Shown here: in pieces, positions 15,800 through 18,459 of the stretch
How the letters are laid out: the number at the start of each line of letters is the position of its first letter
Position numbering within the stretch: position 1 is the stretch's first letter
Assembly: GCA_039589315.1 (NCBI GenBank)
Contig: JBDHHQ010000083.1
Coordinates: 1-18,459, forward strand
Direction of reading: 5' to 3'
Origin: Gemmatimonadota bacterium
GTDB taxonomy: Bacteria; Gemmatimonadota; Gemmatimonadetes; Longimicrobiales; Gaopeijiaceae
DNA length: 18,459 nucleotides
Position numbers and translations under genes: made by a program
Notes under the pieces: generated by a model
What the model saw: only the letters and a program-made list of their open reading frames with translations
Databases searched by the model: none
What the model was told of the DNA's origin: nothing

Positions 15800-17605
15800 G
15801 TGGCGAAATCCGGACGTGGCCACGTCCACCTGACGTTCGGGCCATTCGCGTTCGATCCACGAACGTTGGAATTGCGCCGGGACGACGTTCACGTCCGTCT
15901 CCCGCCCAAGCCCTCCCGGGCGCTGGACCTCCTGCTTCGGAACGCCGGGTCCCTGGTCACCCGCCAGGAGCTGCACGAGCACGTTTGGCCCGACACGGTC
16001 ATCGAGTTCGACCAGGGGCTGAACACATGCATGCGTCACCTGCGAGCCTGCCTGGAGGACGACGCGGAAGCGCCGACGTTCATCGAGACCGTGCCCCGGC
16101 GTGGCTACCGGTTCATCGCTCCGGTTACGTCGACTTCGATCGGCCGGAGTCCGCGGAGTCGGAGGCCCTGGCCGGTCCTGGCGGCGGGTGTGGTGGCGCT
16201 CCTGGGGATCGCATGGCTCTCCCGCGGCGACGCCAGCGATCCCGAGCCCCTCCGTCTGGCGGTCCTTCCGCTCCAGACCATTGGCGGGTCCGCCGAGGAC
16301 AGTCTCTTTGCCGAGGGCGTAACCGAAGAGCTGCTCACGACCCTGGCAGGCGCCGATCCGGACCGACTTCAGGTCCTGGCGAGGACCTCTGCGTATCGTA
16401 TCGCCACCGACTTCACGCTGCTGGAGATGCGGGAGCGGCTGGACATCGACTTCGTGCTTCAGGGGAGGGTCCGCAAGGAGGTGGGTGGGTACAAGATCAC
16501 GGCGCAGCTGGTCGACACCCAGACGTCGGCCGCGGCCTGGTCGGGGGAGCAGCGGTACGCGACCGACGCCGCGTCCGTTCCGGCTCAGGAGGCCCTCGCC
16601 AACGTGGTGACGGCCGGTCTGACAGGGCTGCTCGGTGGGGCGTTGGGCGTTGAGCCCCAACCCCAGCCTGCCGGCGCCGTCACCACACCCTGGCGGGTAG
16701 CCCGCCACCTGGTCGCGACCGGTGGCGCTTCGGAGCGGGAGCAGGCCCTGCAATTGCTCGGGCAGGTCCTGGACCTGGAACCCGATTTCGTCCCGGCTCA
16801 CAGCGCCATGGCCCGTGCGCTCGTCGACCTGAACAGACTGGACAGCGCCCAGATCCACATTCGCGGGGCCATTGAACGGTTCGGCCCGGCGCCCGAACTC
16901 CTGCTGGAGCGCGGCCGGCTCCACCTCCGGCAGTGGCGGTTGGAGGAGGCCGGCCGAGACCTGGCCGAGGCGGTCGTCGGCGCCGCGAGAGACGGGCGCG
17001 CCCATCACACGCTCGCCTACTACCTGGCCGTGGTGGGCAGGCACGACGACGCGCTGGCAGCGATGGCGATCGCCGAGGAGTTCGATCCGGTGTCGGCAAG
17101 CGTCGTCGGCGACGCGGGGCTGTTCGCGTATTGGGCCGGGCGCCCTGAAGAGGCCCTTCGACAGTGCCGGAGCATCGAACCGTACGTCCTTCCGGAGCAT
17201 CGACTGATGCTCGACCGTTGCCTGTTCCACAACTACGTAGCAGCGGGCGACCTTCGCGCGGCCGTGGTCCAGGCCCAGAAGGTACTCGAAGCCGGAGGGG
17301 CACCCGAAGCGCTCCGCCGAGAGATCCAGAACGACAGCTCGGCGGAGGCGGCTCTGGCGCGTTACTATGTGTGGGCGGCGGAGCCGGCCAACCTTCCCAG
17401 TTCACAAGGGGGGACCACGGCATACCGAGCGGCCCTGGCCGCTGCCGGCGCGAAGGACGTGGAGGCGGCCCTGACGGCGCTCGAAGTGGCACTGAGGGAG
17501 CGGGAGCCACGACTCATCGAGATCGGTGTTGAGCGCCGCCTGGATCCACTTCGCGGGCATCCACGGTTCGAAGCCGTCGCCCGGGCCGTGGGCGTGGACG
17601 CCTGA
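15800..17605 (+). CDS. CadC/ToxR-like transmembrane regulator: winged-helix (Trans_reg_C) + TM + TolB_N-like + TPR
   Basis: wHTH 'FGPFAFD...LVTRQEL...VWPDT...LNTCMRHLR..LED...FIETVPRRGYRF', TM 'WPVLAAGVVALLGIAWL', 'LAVLPL...FAEGVTEEL...LARTS', TPR-like helices and the end 'LDPLRGHPRF'. Confidence 0.9.
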   Translation: MAKSGRGHVHLTFGPFAFDPRTLELRRDDVHVRLPPKPSRALDLLLRNAGSLVTRQELHEHVWPDTVIEFDQGLNTCMRHLRACLEDDAEAPTFIETVPRRGYRFIAPVTSTSIGRSPRSRRPWPVLAAGVVALLGIAWLSRGDASDPEPLRLAVLPLQTIGGSAEDSLFAEGVTEELLTTLAGADPDRLQVLARTSAYRIATDFTLLEMRERLDIDFVLQGRVRKEVGGYKITAQLVDTQTSAAAWSGEQRYATDAASVPAQEALANVVTAGLTGLLGGALGVEPQPQPAGAVTTPWRVARHLVATGGASEREQALQLLGQVLDLEPDFVPAHSAMARALVDLNRLDSAQIHIRGAIERFGPAPELLLERGRLHLRQWRLEEAGRDLAEAVVGAARDGRAHHTLAYYLAVVGRHDDALAAMAIAEEFDPVSASVVGDAGLFAYWAGRPEEALRQCRSIEPYVLPEHRLMLDRCLFHNYVAAGDLRAAVVQAQKVLEAGGAPEALRREIQNDSSAEAALARYYVWAAEPANLPSSQGGTTAYRAALAAAGAKDVEAALTALEVALREREPRLIEIGVERRLDPLRGHPRFEAVARAVGVDA

Positions 17606-17674
17606 CGGCTCGGTACACGGCAGTACTCATCCTGACCCCCCGATCCGTCTGCCTTGCAAGGAGAGACATCCGGC

Positions 17675-18076
17675 ATGAAACGGGTAACCGGCCTGGGCGG
17701 CGTGTTCTTCAAGAGTCGCGATCCCAAGGCCACGGTCGAATGGTATCGTGAGCACCTGGGAATCGATGCGGCGGAGTGGGGCGGGTTCGCCTTCCAATGG
17801 ACCGAAAAGGACGCACCCGACCAGACCGGGTACACGGTCTGGAGCGCTTTTCCCGAGAACACGGAACACTTCGGTTCGGGTGGCCATTCGTTCATGGTGA
17901 ACTTCAGGGTCGACGACCTGGAGGGCTTGATCGACGCGCTGAAGGCCGAGGGCGTCGAGGTCGTGGGTGAGATCGAGGCACACCCCAACGGGAAGTTCGC
18001 ATGGATCCGCGATGCCGAGGGCCGGAAGGTCGAGTTGTGGGAGCCGGTGCCGTCCGGGGAAGACCCATACCTCTAG
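17675..18076 (+). CDS. VOC/glyoxalase family protein
   Basis: MKRVTGLGGVFFKSRDP...FMVNFRVDDL...GKFAWIRDAEGRKVELWEP, with RBS GGAGAG. Confidence 0.92.
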   Translation: MKRVTGLGGVFFKSRDPKATVEWYREHLGIDAAEWGGFAFQWTEKDAPDQTGYTVWSAFPENTEHFGSGGHSFMVNFRVDDLEGLIDALKAEGVEVVGEIEAHPNGKFAWIRDAEGRKVELWEPVPSGEDPYL

Positions 18077-18177
18077 TTGCCGGTGCCCCGCAGCCGGCCA
18101 GCGGAAGACGGACGCTCCGCGCCTGCGAAAGTCGGACCACGTGCCGCGCGGCCTACGCCCGGCTACAAGGTCTTCTG

Positions 18178-18459
18178 GTGCGGGACGGGCAGGACCGGAC
18201 GGGCATCGAACGCCTCGTCCGTTACTGTGCCCGCCCGCCCTTCGCGCTCGAACGGCTGCACGCCCTCGACTCCGACCCCGCCCTCGCCTCAACCGAGAGT
18301 CGCCTGCTCTACCGCTTCCCGAAACCCGACATCCCCGGCCGTACCGAGCTGCTGCTCACGCCCCTCGAGCTCCTCGAGGCCCTCTCGAAGTTCGTCCCGC
18401 CCCCGCGTGTTCATCGCCACCGCTACCACGGTGTCCTGGCTCCGAATGCCAGGCTCAGG
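18178..18459 (+). mobile_element. IS91-family (Y2) transposase fragment, 5'-truncated, runs off the window edge
   Basis: Not in the ORF track. It reads DRTGIERLVRYCARPPFALERL...LLYRFPKPD..GRTELLLTPLELLEALSKFVPPPRVHRHRYHGVLAPNARLR, typical IS91 C-terminal motifs. Confidence 0.9.

Noticed and set aside
15677..17230. Long antisense ORFs (517 aa here; also 12658-13728, 11589-12605, 4379-5065 and others)
   Set aside because: These are shadow frames of well-supported genes, expected in high-GC DNA, with Arg/Gly/Pro-rich or motif-free translations.
1..18459. CRISPR array or long tandem DNA repeat
   Set aside because: No regularly spaced repeats were seen by eye. The recurring motifs are protein-level PD40 and LRR repeats.

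Overview
GC-rich bacterial window, probably from a Gemmatimonadota/Acidobacteriota-like organism (inferred from the kinase-TolB and wHTH-TolB-TPR gene styles), with a partial transposase at each end (IS256-like on the left, IS91-like on the right). Positions ~1-8096 look like the right-hand part of a decayed integrative island or prophage that ends in a tRNA 3'-half att-like scar. It carries phage remnants (a terminase lacking its ATPase domain, a head-spike fragment), a MazF/PemK tail, several immunity-like small genes, an orphan VasI/TagO-domain membrane protein and the standout ORF. That ORF is one polypeptide fusing a T6SS TssB-like module, a trimmed TssC-like module, a TIGR02996-like domain and leucine-rich repeats, with no other T6SS core genes in the window. 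The right half holds a Ser/Thr kinase-TolB propeller gene, a deletion scar joining two gene tails, SnoaL and VOC genes, and a divergent pair: a secreted S9 peptidase homologue that has lost its catalytic Ser and His, and a transmembrane wHTH-TolB_N-TPR regulator, separated by three TGAAG repeats at an 11-bp period. All family calls come from motif recognition by eye; no database searches were run.
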